DNA from: Octopus bimaculoides
Lineage: Eukaryota
NCBI RefSeq assembly: GCF_001194135.2
Contig: NC_068983.1
Span: forward strand, 23,130,464-23,194,463
Direction: 5' to 3'
Length of the DNA: 64,000 bases
Below the pieces are notes generated by a model, which was given only the letters and a program-made list of their open reading frames with translations, ran no database searches and was not told where the DNA came from. Positions 55,501 through 64,000 of the stretch are shown here, piece by piece; position 1 is the first letter of the stretch; each line of letters opens with the position of its first letter. Position numbers and translations under genes: made by a program.

Positions 55501-58500
55501 TCTGCAAAGCATAACATTTATTTATCTGCATTAAACATGTTAACACCTAAGCACCTACTGCTTTTCATGTAGCTACAATCTTTAAATTACAAATTTTATA
55601 CCATTAACCTTGTTTAAAAAAACCACCAATACCAATACCAACCGCCATAACAAGAGAATGAATGAGCCTCTTGTTGATCGCTCAACCTACTAGAAATAGC
55701 AGTCAAATCTCACTCATATCAGATCCTACTGTCTGAGAGAAAACTGAGTGAACAAGGGAGCCTTTATGTGGTTGCTCAATTTGTTAGAAACAATAACCAA
55801 ATCTCTCTCATATCACACTTGAGTGTTTTAAAAAAAAAAACACATTTGACAGTATAGTGTTAGATTGACAAAACAAACACCTTTGATCATGAGTGACTCA
55901 AGGTTAAACAACAACAAAGTCAAACTGGATAATGTAGTTCTAGATAGGCATAGGCAACCTTCTTCAAGAAGTGAGCCACATGAAACATGGCTGAGCATTA
56001 GGCGGGCCACACTATTAAAGAAATTCAAGGTAATTTTTTGTTGATATGCCATTCATAAAGTCTCAGGAGCTGCAGTTTGCTCATGACTGTTCTAGATATA
56101 TAAACTTGAAGAATATAAAATGGATGGTCATTGCTAGAATATCTTCTGTTCAATCAGAACTGAGGAGGGGGGCAAAACAACAGCATCCATAAGAAGAAAC
56201 ACCAAAACATAGCCAAACAAATCTAAAGATATAGTTTTCAATAACACAACTTTGTTGACTTAACATTTTTTAAAACAGATTGTAAAAAAACAAAAGAAGA
56301 TAAATAACCTATTATTATGCAAAAGTTCACAAGCTGAATCAGCCAGCTGGATTAACAACAATTTCAGCTCTCTCTGATAATCATTATAGCTATCATTAGC
56401 TCTCTGTTTGTAGAGTTCCCAGTTTTGATTAATTGGCAGGTAGGCATTGCCCATCTCCAGCATACCAGATAATGTAACAGGATGAGGAAACCTAATAAAA
56501 GAAGAAAGTAGTTGTTAAATTATGTACATTTTGTCAGTTGTAAAGCCGATTTCTTTTCTCTTCTACTTTTTTCAGTCACTGGACTATGGCCATACTGAAG
56601 TACTACCTTGAAAGCCTTAGTTGAACAAATCAACCCATATACCTATTTTTAAGTCTGGGACTTATTATATCATTCTCTTTTGCAGAACTGCTAATTCATG
56701 GGGATGTGAACAAACCAACACCAGTTGTCAAGCAGTGTGTATGTGGGGAGTGGGGTTACAAAAATACACAGATCAATAGTATAAGTACCAGACTTTAATA
56801 TGAATAAGTACTGAGGTTGATTTGTTAGACTAAAACTCTTCAAAGCAGTGCCCCAGCATGGCCACAATCCAATGACTGACAGGAAAGGCAGTGAAGAGGT
56901 AGTGCCATTACCGCATGGTTAGAATACCTCATGGTATTTGTTTCAATAAGGGATGGCAACGGAAAGAACATCCAAATAAAATCCTACTTCAAATAACTCT
57001 CTGTTGAAACCAATGACAGTATTGTAAAGAAAATAGATGTTAAACAAATGAATGAGTGGACAACTCCTGATGAACGATTTTAGAAGATATTTTAAATAAT
57101 TTTAGCTGTAGAAGGAGAATATATAAGTGAACACTTTTATGCAAGGTGCAAAAACAAAATTCTTTTCGTACTAACCGGCTAAGAAATTTGGGCCAAAGTT
57201 CTGTGAAAACATCATGTGTAGCAACAACATCTTTGGAACAATATGACATCAAGCTCTAGAAAAGAAAATTTTGATCAAAGAGAATGAAACAAAAATTTAA
57301 AAGCTTTCACTACTTTACTATATTGGTCAACTGGTTCCTAAATACAATGACTAATACTAATTAGAAACCAACAGCATTTTCTTGTGATATTAGTGTTTCC
57401 ATTCAGAAATTCTTGTAGCTGTGTTAGCAAAACAAAATGAAGATCAGAGGTACTATTGCTACTGCTCTACTATAATGCTATTGTATTATGCGCTATTGTG
57501 AATATTGGCATCACAGATGGGTAACTCAAAGAATTGCTGCTGTCCCATAGAGATCTATTTGATCAAAATCAACTGATTATCATCATCACCATCATCATTA
57601 TTTAATGCCCATGTTCCATGCTGGTATGGGTCAGGCAGCGTGACAAAATCCAATGAGCCAAAGATAGCATCATGCTTCTGTGTCTTCTTTGGCTGGTTTC
57701 TATGGTTGGATGCCCTTCCTAACACCAAGTACTTTACAGCATATACTAGGTGCTTTTGCTATGCCAGCAGCTCTAGAGAGGCTGCCATGGAGTGTGCAAG
57801 ACTACAAACTCCAAGGGGGTAACATAAGGTAGGATTTGATGAGTAAAAGTATGAGAGAAAAGGGCCAGAGTAGAACAGGTTTCTTGCTCTAGAGGAGCTA
57901 CACAACTACTCACATTTTATTAGACAAAGTGGAAGTGATTGGGTGGAGTTGGAAACTGATATAAAAAGTGGTGATGAGGTGCCAGGAAGGGCCTTCAAGG
58001 TATGAAGTGAGTAGGAATGACAATCTCTGTAATAAGAACTGTATATTATTTACACCATTTCATGTTTCATTGCCTGAAAATAAATTGCATGCATTCCCAA
58101 AGTAGATTTATGGATATTTATTCACTTAACCCATTACCTACCAGTGATCTCATATGAGATCACTTAAAAATTACAAATTTCGTAATTATCTGTCAATATT
58201 TACAAATATCTAACCTTTTTGCTATATCTACTAGGTATATTTCTCTGATATTCAAATGAGGTTTGCTAATTTTTCACCCAATATCTCGCTTATTTCTATC
58301 TAAAATGTTATTTTGGAATGTTATTTTGATCATTCCAACGTGTTTCTAAGGCTGTTTTATGCTAGAAATCAAAGTTTCATAAAAAAATTCCAGTTAATAG
58401 AATTATGGGAGGTAATGGGTTAAGAGTGGATTTTTTCTTAAACCCTATCACTTAACTTATTTTATTATTGTTTATTTTTTGCTTTTTTGAAATGTCTTCA

Positions 58501-61500
58501 GACTTTTGTGATTTGAGTATCAGAGATNNNNNNNNNNNNNNNNNNNNNNNNNNNNNNNNNNNNNNNNNNNNNNNNNNNNNNNNNNNNNNNNNNNNNNNNN
58601 NNNNNNNNNNNNNNNNNNNNNNNNNNNNNNNNNNNNNNNNNNNNNNNNNNNNNNNNNNNNNNNNNNNNNNNNNNNNNNNNNNNNNNNNNNNNNNNNNNNN
58701 NNNNNNNNNNNNNNNNNNNNNNNNNNNNNNNNNNNNNNNNNNNNNNNNNNNNNNNNNNNNNNNNNNNNNNNNNNNNNNNNNNNNNNNNNNNNNNNNNNNN
58801 NNNNNNNNNNNNNNNNNNNNNNNNNNNNNNNNNNNNNNNNNNNNNNNNNNNNNNNNNNNNNNNNNNNNNNNNNNNNNNNNNNNNNNNNNNNNNNNNNNNN
58901 NNNNNNNNNNNNNNNNNNNNNNNNNNNNNNNNNNNNNNNNNNNNNNNNNNNNNNNNNNNNNNNNNNNNNNNNNNNNNNNNNNNNNNNNNNNNNNNNNNNN
59001 NNNNNNNNNNNNNNNNNNNNNNNNNNNNNNNNNNNNNNNNNNNNNNNNNNNNNNNNNNNNNNNNNNNNNNNNNNNNNNNNNNNNNNNNNNNNNNNNNNNN
59101 NNNNNNNNNNNNNNNNNNNNNNNNNNNNNNNNNNNNNNNNNNNNNNNNNNNNNNNNNNNNNNNNNNNNNNNNNNNNNNNNNNNNNNNNNNNNNNNNNNNN
59201 NNNNNNNNNNNNAGTTCCATTGATAAAGACATCTCGCTTTGATTTTTCTAAAGGTTCTCCATTGCAATGGAACTGATAAACATCATTCAGGTTGTTCATT
59301 GTTCCAACATCCATCCAATTTACATTCTATGAAAAAAAAAAAAGAAAAAAAAAAAACTTCATCATCTTCACCATTTTAACATCCACATTTCCATGCGTGC
59401 ATGAGTCAAATGGAATTCATTGAGGCAGATTTTTCTACAGCTAGATGCCCTTCCTGTTGCCCACTCTCGTTTGTTTCTAAGAAAGGTAATATGATTAGAT
59501 ATGTTTTTACAGAAGATTGGAAACAAAGAACAGAGCTTGTATGATAGTGACACAGCTTTACAATTGTTACATATTGTCAAGACAAGAAGGCACAAATGCA
59601 TACACACACACACACACCATCATCATCATTTTAACATCCCCACTTCAATGCTTGCATGGGTTGGGGAGAGTTTATTGAGGCAAATTGTCTATGGCCAGAT
59701 GCCTTTCCTGTTACCAACCTTCACCTATTTTCCAAGGTAATATTTCCTACAGCCATACATGTCCTCACAGAATATTGGAAATGCATGACACCAATTTACA
59801 ATTATTACACTTTGTCAAAACAAGAAGGTACAAACACATACACATGCACACACGTATACACACACAAATGCAGATTTCTCTTGCCAGATCCACTCACAAA
59901 GCTACTATGGTTTCAGGGTATCCTCTTCCACAGCAGATTAGATCACAGAGATAACAGAATTTGTCAATTACTGCAAAGGGCCTATTTGAACACTTAAAAG
60001 TATTTACCATATTTCCTGGTATACAAATGAAATTTTTGGGACCTAAATTTATAGCCAAAAAAAAGGTAAATTGACTTATACAGAATGATTTTTGTGGACC
60101 AAAAATTCAATGTGAAATGCAGCAGGATTAGGAAAGATAGTGATGATGTTTGAATATCTCCACTCCATGTTTACACTATATACTGCATTAACTTGTATGC
60201 TGAACAATGTGGTATATATTTATATATATATATATAGTTCAAAATATTAACTCACAATTTCTTCATTTCTATATTTTTTGCTTTCTAAATGTTCTCGGAC
60301 TTTACTTGGAGATGTCGCTTTCTTAGAAGCTTGATACAGAGATCTTTGGAAAGCAGTAAATCCTACTGAAGCAATGTGAAGTGACATGGTATCCAAGAAA
60401 CGAAGTTTTGTGTCCTGTCAATAAGAAAATTCACTAATATCATGTCCATGTACATAATTCACATTATACAATAATAATAAAAAGAACATTTTCAAAATTG
60501 TAACAAAAAAAAAAAACGAAAACAATTTTTGCTAATGAAAATATATGCTAATGCAACACAATAGCCTTTTTTTTTTTTTTACCATTTTACAAACACCAGA
60601 GGCTTCTAAAACAATTTGCCAAAGTTCATCCCATATTAATAATTTATCCCACAAACCATTTTTATAACCTTAAAGGATAGAACCACAGAATGTTCAACTA
60701 AATTATAATTACTAATATAGCAACAAAAATAAAAACAGAAAAGAAACAATAAACTCCCATAGTGTGCAGTATAATTTTAGAAAAACAGTCAGTTAGTATA
60801 TTAGATACAAAAAAAGGTACAACTACAGAATTATATTCTTTTACTTTTTTTAGTCACTGGACTGCAGCCATGCTGGGGCACTACCTTGAATGACTTTAAT
60901 TGAACAAATCAACCCCAGTTCTTATTTAAACCGTTAACATTTAAACCGGTTATATCTGGCCCAAATGTTCTACTTGTTTCCTGTTAAAACTGACCAGATT
61001 CAACTTCTCACATTTGCCTTACAATATCAGTCTACAAAATAAGTAATCATATCGTTGAAATCTCAAAGTTATGAGATAGTGCATGATTAATTCAAAACAA
61101 TGTGAATAAATAAACATTACATTTGATACAGTAACCTACATGTTAAAGTACTTATTCTGTTGGTCTTTTTTGCCAAGCTGCTAAGTTACAGGAATGTAAA
61201 CAAACCAACACTGGAGACAAATACAAAGCAATATCTGTATACCAATAGTTTCTGGGTTATTTCCCTTCATCAGCACAATAACTGCTTGGGTAGAGATGGC
61301 AACACTAGACTCTTGTTCAAGATATTACTTTACAAAATGATACACAGTCACTGAACTCGTAAATAGAAAAATGACTATTTCTAAATCTCTGAATGAGAAA
61401 CATTCAGTAACAGTATTCTAGAGTAAAGATTATTTGCCAACATAATGTGGCAGTCCTGATTAGGACAAATGTTACTGTTATTTAGCCCCAGGAAACATCA

Positions 61501-63070
61501 TCCCCAGCTAGCTCCCGATGCATTATCTGTGTCCTTATATTTTCGAACAAGGGAGCTTAGTGTCCCCACTCAGCTCAAAACAATATCTGGGAAATAACCC
61601 AGAAACCATTGGTACACAGATATTGCTTTGAGCTGAGTGGAGACACTAAGTTCCCTTGTTCGGAAATATAAGGATGCAGATAGTGTGTCGATAACCAGCT
61701 GGAGACGATGTTTCTTGAGGTTAAATAACAGTAACATTTGTCCTAATCAGGACTGCTACATTATGTTGGCAAATAGTCTTTACTCTAGAATACTGTTACT
61801 GAATGTCCCTCATTCAGAGATTTAGAAATAATAATTTTTCTATTTATGAGATCAGTGACTGTGTATCACTTTGCAAAGTATATATTTTGAACAAGAGTCT
61901 AGTGTCACCATCTCTAGCCAAGCAGAGACGATGGGCTTCTTCAATTTCTATCTACCAAATCTATTCACATGGTCAGCTAGGGGCTGTGGTAGAAGACACT
62001 TGCCAAAGATGCCATGCAGCAGTTGGACTGACCCCAAGACCATGAAGGTGCAGGCATGGCTGTGTGGTTGCTTCCCAACCACACAGCCTACTAAAAGACA
62101 GAAAGAAAGAACCCAAGACCCATTTGTTACCTTTAGATTGGAGAACCGGTCCAAAGCTTGCAACAGGATAGACTCCATTAAAGGCATCCAAGAACAATTA
62201 GTAGTGTTAACTAGGGTGATTCATCAAATCTATAAGTCTCTCACCCTACAAATACTCTCTAGCTGTTAGGCGTCCACACAGTTTCTGTTTATTATCTGTC
62301 AAACTTCACTCGCAAAATGTATATCAGTGTGAAGCTATTCTTTTACTTGTTTCAGTCATTTGACTGCAGCCATGCTGGAGCAACACCTTAAAGGGTTTTT
62401 TAGTTGAAGAAATTGACCCCAGGATTTATTCTTTTTTAAGCTTAGTACTTACTCTATCCATCTGCTTTGCTGAACTGCTAAGTTACAGTATAGAAACACC
62501 CCAACATTGGTTGTCAAGCAATGATGGGGGAACAAACACACACACATTTATATATATATGATAGGCTTTTTTCAGTTTCTGCCTATCAAATCTACTCACA
62601 AGGCTTTGGTCGGCCCGAGGCTATAGTAGAAGACACATGCTCAAGGTGCCAAGCAGTGCAACAGAACCCAGAACCATGTGGTTGGAAAGCAAGTTTCTTA
62701 CCACACAGCCACAAAATCACCCATGTTGCAGCATAGTGTCCCATATAGCTATGGAACAAAGTTCTTAACTACATGGCCATACTTGTGCCAAAACAATATG
62801 CAAAATTATATCTACTGAAAAATAAAAGTGAACAAAAATAAATGTTGAAACTCAAGATTCTTTTTCTCTTTTACCTTGATATAATATTGCTCTTTGACAA
62901 AAGAACGGTCAAAGCCAACATTGTGACCAACTATAATTCTTTTCTTCAGCATATTTTGTTTCATACTTTTCTGTGAACTTTTTGACTCCAAAGGAATTAA
63001 GTCTTCCATCTGTGGTTGGGGACTCCATTTAAATTTATCTTCAATTAAATAACCACTGCACCAAGAATAC
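31960..63070 (-). CDS. POLG: Mitochondrial DNA polymerase gamma catalytic subunit, 5'-partial (21 coding exons in the window; N-terminal exon(s) with Exo I lie beyond 64000; one exon truncated by a gap)
   Basis: Contains Exo [13 protein letters not shown], Exo III SYCSKDV, Pol [13 protein letters not shown], Pol [17 protein letters not shown] and Pol [11 protein letters not shown], plus [15 protein letters not shown] and [11 protein letters not shown]. All traceable introns are GT-AG with consistent phases. Confidence 0.98.
33006..33123 (-). CDS. POLG: POLG penultimate exon
   Basis: ttttag|[40 protein letters not shown]|gtaagg. Confidence 0.96.
33440..33625 (-). mobile_element. RTE-type LINE 3'-end remnant
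   Basis: Minus strand [38 protein letters not shown] resembles RTE 3' ends; a similar piece lies at ~49600-49790. Confidence 0.55.
35474..35693 (-). mobile_element. Family-B tRNA-derived SINE
   Basis: Reverse complement of the 29518 copy. Confidence 0.88.
36250..36501 (-). CDS. POLG: POLG exon (Pol C motif)
   Basis: ctcaag|[29 protein letters not shown]...[12 protein letters not shown]...[10 protein letters not shown]|gtttgc; 252 nt. Confidence 0.97.
37440..38150 (-). mobile_element. Decayed RTE-type LINE ORF fragment in a POLG intron
   Basis: [13 protein letters not shown]...[14 protein letters not shown] resembles the RTE WWxxKAxELQ...FFxALKAxYGP segment, followed by LPREIWEK (DGIPAEIWK-like). 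Confidence 0.6.
38634..38748 (-). CDS. POLG: POLG exon
   Basis: tttcag|[39 protein letters not shown]|gtaaat. Confidence 0.95.
39604..39633 (-). CDS. POLG: POLG 30-nt microexon
   Basis: tttcttatttcag|C CCT GAG ACT GGA AGT TGG GTT GGA GGC AG|gtatgt = (D)PETGSWVGG(S). Supplies the conserved WxGG before ESxMFNKLE; phase 2 at both ends. Confidence 0.92.
39785..40150 (-). mobile_element. Mariner transposase N-terminal fragment (pseudogenized)
   Basis: [27 protein letters not shown] (HTH region) and [47 protein letters not shown] (WVPxxL-type AKFVPKLL motif). Confidence 0.9.
40190..40281 (+). repeat. 42-nt tandem repeat (~2.2 units) next to the mariner fragment
   Basis: Unit tcaaaaggaact(c/t)agccactttgcctc...; a further partial unit lies at ~40401. 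Confidence 0.7.
40683..40822 (-). CDS. POLG: POLG exon (Pol B motif)
   Basis: tttcag|[48 protein letters not shown]|gtaagt. Confidence 0.96.
41472..41578 (-). CDS. POLG: POLG exon (start of Pol B motif)
   Basis: tgtag|[37 protein letters not shown]|gtaatg. Confidence 0.96.
41664..41814 (+). repeat. Direct duplication of a ~62-nt unit with 89-nt period
   Basis: tcatcatagatactt.tat..tataag.tta.ttgataagg.ttgg.agggctatgaaacaa occurs twice. Confidence 0.85.
42199..42334 (-). CDS. POLG: POLG exon (Pol A motif)
   Basis: tttcag|[46 protein letters not shown]|gtaaga. Confidence 0.97.
43991..44108 (-). CDS. POLG: POLG exon
   Basis: taaag|[40 protein letters not shown]|gtatgt; 118 nt. Confidence 0.96.
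45015..45300 (+). mobile_element. RTE-type LINE 3' fragment
   Basis: [43 protein letters not shown] matches the typical RTE C-terminal RLRWYGHVLR...GRPxKTW motif. Confidence 0.85.
45628..45681 (-). CDS. POLG: POLG exon (54 nt)
   Basis: attag|[20 protein letters not shown]|gtaggt. Confidence 0.93.
46421..46581 (-). CDS. POLG: POLG exon
   Basis: cgtag|[27 protein letters not shown]...[12 protein letters not shown]|gtaaat; 161 nt. Confidence 0.95.
47570..47990 (-). mobile_element. Decayed RTE-type LINE RT C-terminal fragment
   Basis: [18 protein letters not shown]...LKARSWLWI and [10 protein letters not shown] resemble the RTE segments DxEIxxRIGKAxxAF and QLRWAGH. Confidence 0.5.
48073..48168 (-). 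CDS. POLG: POLG exon
   Basis: ttacag|[32 protein letters not shown]|gtaatt. Confidence 0.95.
48545..48880 (-). mobile_element. tRNA-derived SINE with a CORE/V-like central domain (related copy at ~28762-28945, +)
   Basis: Head ggtgcatggctcggtggttagagc...tgagtttgatt followed by tgtgttcttgagcaagacactttatttcacattgctccag. Confidence 0.7.
49949..50102 (-). CDS. POLG: POLG exon (variable spacer)
   Basis: ttttag|[12 protein letters not shown]...[10 protein letters not shown]|gtaagg. Open frame and the phase 2 to 0 switch needed between the flanking exons; low sequence conservation. Confidence 0.8.
50643..50942 (-). CDS. POLG: POLG exon (spacer / accessory-subunit-interacting region)
   Basis: tcacag|[55 protein letters not shown]...EPKFPI GA|gtaagt. 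Confidence 0.96.
51417..52290. repeat. 97-bp near-perfect inverted repeat pair (51417-51513 / 52194-52290)
   Basis: One mismatch seen by eye. Copy 1 continues into a hAT-like terminus aaagtttgaaaacccctg. Confidence 0.9.
51650..52059 (-). mobile_element. Family-A tRNA-derived SINE, full length
   Basis: Reverse complement of the 20592 copy. Confidence 0.92.
52880..53175 (+). mobile_element. Family-C retroposon with a (GAT)n tail (RTE-related SINE / non-autonomous LINE end)
   Basis: ..ggcattaggaagggcatccagctgtagaaactctgcc...catgctagcatggaaagc..gttaaa(tga)n. Other copies lie at 15801-15972 (+), 35870-36133 (+), 42645-42808 (-) and 63297-63660 (-). Confidence 0.8.
53530..53648 (-). CDS. POLG: POLG exon (spacer)
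   Basis: ttttag|[41 protein letters not shown]|gtaaga. Confidence 0.92.
53880..54375 (-). mobile_element. Family-A SINE interrupted at its microsatellite by a ~260-bp insert carrying hammerhead-like motifs
   Basis: SINE 3' half at ~53880-53998 and 5' half at ~54285-54375, with unrelated sequence between them. Confidence 0.8.
54519..54594 (-). CDS. POLG: POLG exon
   Basis: acatag|[26 protein letters not shown]|gtaagt. Confidence 0.95.
56309..56491 (-). CDS. POLG: POLG exon
   Basis: attag|[28 protein letters not shown]...[10 protein letters not shown]|gttatt; 183 nt. Confidence 0.96.
57176..57255 (-). CDS. POLG: POLG exon (Exo III motif)
   Basis: ttctag|[26 protein letters not shown](R) CG|gttagt. 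Confidence 0.95.
58130..58419. mobile_element. piggyBac-type MITE
   Basis: TTAA|CCCATTACCTACC ... GGGAGGTAATGGG|TTAA. Confidence 0.88.
59213..59326 (-). CDS. POLG: POLG exon, 3' end lost in the assembly gap 58528-59212
   Basis: ttcatag|[38 protein letters not shown] then Ns; resembles the human [35 protein letters not shown] segment. Confidence 0.9.
60007..60212. mobile_element. Degenerate pogo/Tc2-like MITE (related copy at ~7200-7390)
   Basis: TA flanks; degenerate TIRs CCATATTTCCTGGTATACAA / TTGTATGCTGAACAATGTGG; the internal segment is shared in reverse with ~7230-7390. Confidence 0.5.
60256..60414 (-). CDS. POLG: POLG exon
   Basis: tgacag|[32 protein letters not shown]...NEEI|gtgagt; 159 nt, phase 0 at both ends. 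Confidence 0.95.
61224..61925. mobile_element. Hammerhead-bearing palindromic element (inverted pLTR/retrozyme-like units)
   Basis: Arms 61282-61589 and 61617-61925 are reverse complements, separated by a 27-nt loop that contains the 3' half of the hammerhead. A full hammerhead sits at 61235-61278. The element interrupts a SINE. Confidence 0.75.
61235..61278 (-). ncRNA. Minimal type I hammerhead ribozyme (Penelope/retrozyme type)
   Basis: Minus strand reads TTGTG-CTGATGA-A GGG AAATAA CCC A-GAAAC-TATTG-GTA^TACAG. It has the CUGAUGA and GAAA cores, a GUA cleavage triplet, a 5-bp stem I with two G.U pairs and a 3-bp stem II with an A.A mismatch at its base. Confidence 0.72.
62339..62712 (-). 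mobile_element. Family-A tRNA-derived SINE
   Basis: Reverse-complement match to the family consensus visible in this window. Confidence 0.88.
62875..63070 (-). CDS. POLG: POLG exon (Exo II motif)
   Basis: tttacag|G TAT TCT TGG; [15 protein letters not shown]...[21 protein letters not shown]|gtaaaa. Confidence 0.96.
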
Positions 63071-64000
63071 CTGTAAAAATATATCAAGTAATGAGTGCGT
63101 GTTTTGAAGATATCATATTGACTTGTAGATGATCAGGAAAGATGTGTAAACAATTGAATCAAGATCTATTTTACTGGCATCTATTTTATTGATCTCACCA
63201 AAGAATGAAGTTCTAAACTGACCTTAGCAGGATTCAAACTCAGAATACAGAAATCCAACATCTAGTCCCCTATCATGTCATCTCTTTTCAAGGTTTCATC
63301 ATCATCATTATCATCCTCGTTTAACGTCTGCTTTCCATGCTAGCATGGGTTGGACGATTTGACTGAAGACTGGTGAACCAGATGGCTACACCAGGCTCCA
63401 ATCTGATTTGGCAGTTTCTACAGCTGGATGCCCTTCCTAACACCAACCACTCCGAGAGTGTAGTGGGTGCTTTTTACGTGCCACCGGCACAAAGGCCAGT
63501 CAGGCAGTACTGACAACGGCCACGCTCAAAATGGTGTATTTTATGTGCCACCCGCACAAGAGCCAGTCCAGGGGCACTGGCAACGATCTCGCTCGAAAGT
63601 CCTTACACATGCCGCGGGCACAAGTGCCAGAAAGGTGACGCTGGGCACAGGTGCCATCACAATTTCGCTAAAACAGTTGCAGGAATGGTTATCACTTTGA
63701 AGTAAATTGAAATGATTGTCTCTACTAATGAAGAATTTTCACATTGTAGCATTTATCTTCTATCTTTTACTTGTTTCAGTCACTAAACTGCAGCTATGGT
63801 GGGGCACTGCCTTGAAGAATTTTTAGTCAAACAAATCGACACCCTGTGTTTATTTATTTTTTAAACCTGGTACTTAATTTATTGGCATATTCTGCTGACC
63901 TGCTAAGTTATGGGGATGTAAATGAACCAACACAGGCTGTTAAGCAGTGGTGACACACACACACACAGACATATAAATATATGACTGGCTTTCCTCAGCT

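Noticed and set aside
58452-59314. Long ORFs of 244-271 aa in the track
   Set aside because: They are read-through of the N gap. Only 59213-59326 (POLG) is real coding sequence.

Overview
AT-rich, repeat-dense animal genomic DNA, most likely an octopus (inferred from the SINE/MITE families, (TA)n tracts and gene content). There are five assembly gaps: 1199-1208, 8206-8215, 19329-19338, 22474-22670 and 58528-59212. Two nuclear genes for mitochondrial proteins lie tail-to-tail. TOMM20 is complete (+ strand, 5 coding exons, 17649-30529, 151 aa). POLG (- strand) has 21 coding exons traced from 63070 to the stop at 31960; its 5' exon(s) lie beyond the window end and one exon runs into a gap. Every exon junction I could check is GT-AG with consistent phase. 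The rest is tRNA-derived and RTE-related SINEs, decayed CR1 and RTE LINEs, a mariner fragment, and hAT, piggyBac and Tc1/mariner MITEs. The most interesting signal is a set of hammerhead-ribozyme-bearing inserts of Penelope/retrozyme type. The first is a ~350-nt unit bounded by hammerhead cleavage sites that forms a ~640-bp palindrome in a POLG intron (61224-61925). The second is a minimal hammerhead at 3309-3357. The third is an oddly permuted, pseudoknot-like hammerhead motif at 54014-54100. All three sit in the central microsatellite of the same SINE family. All analysis was done by eye and no database searches were run.
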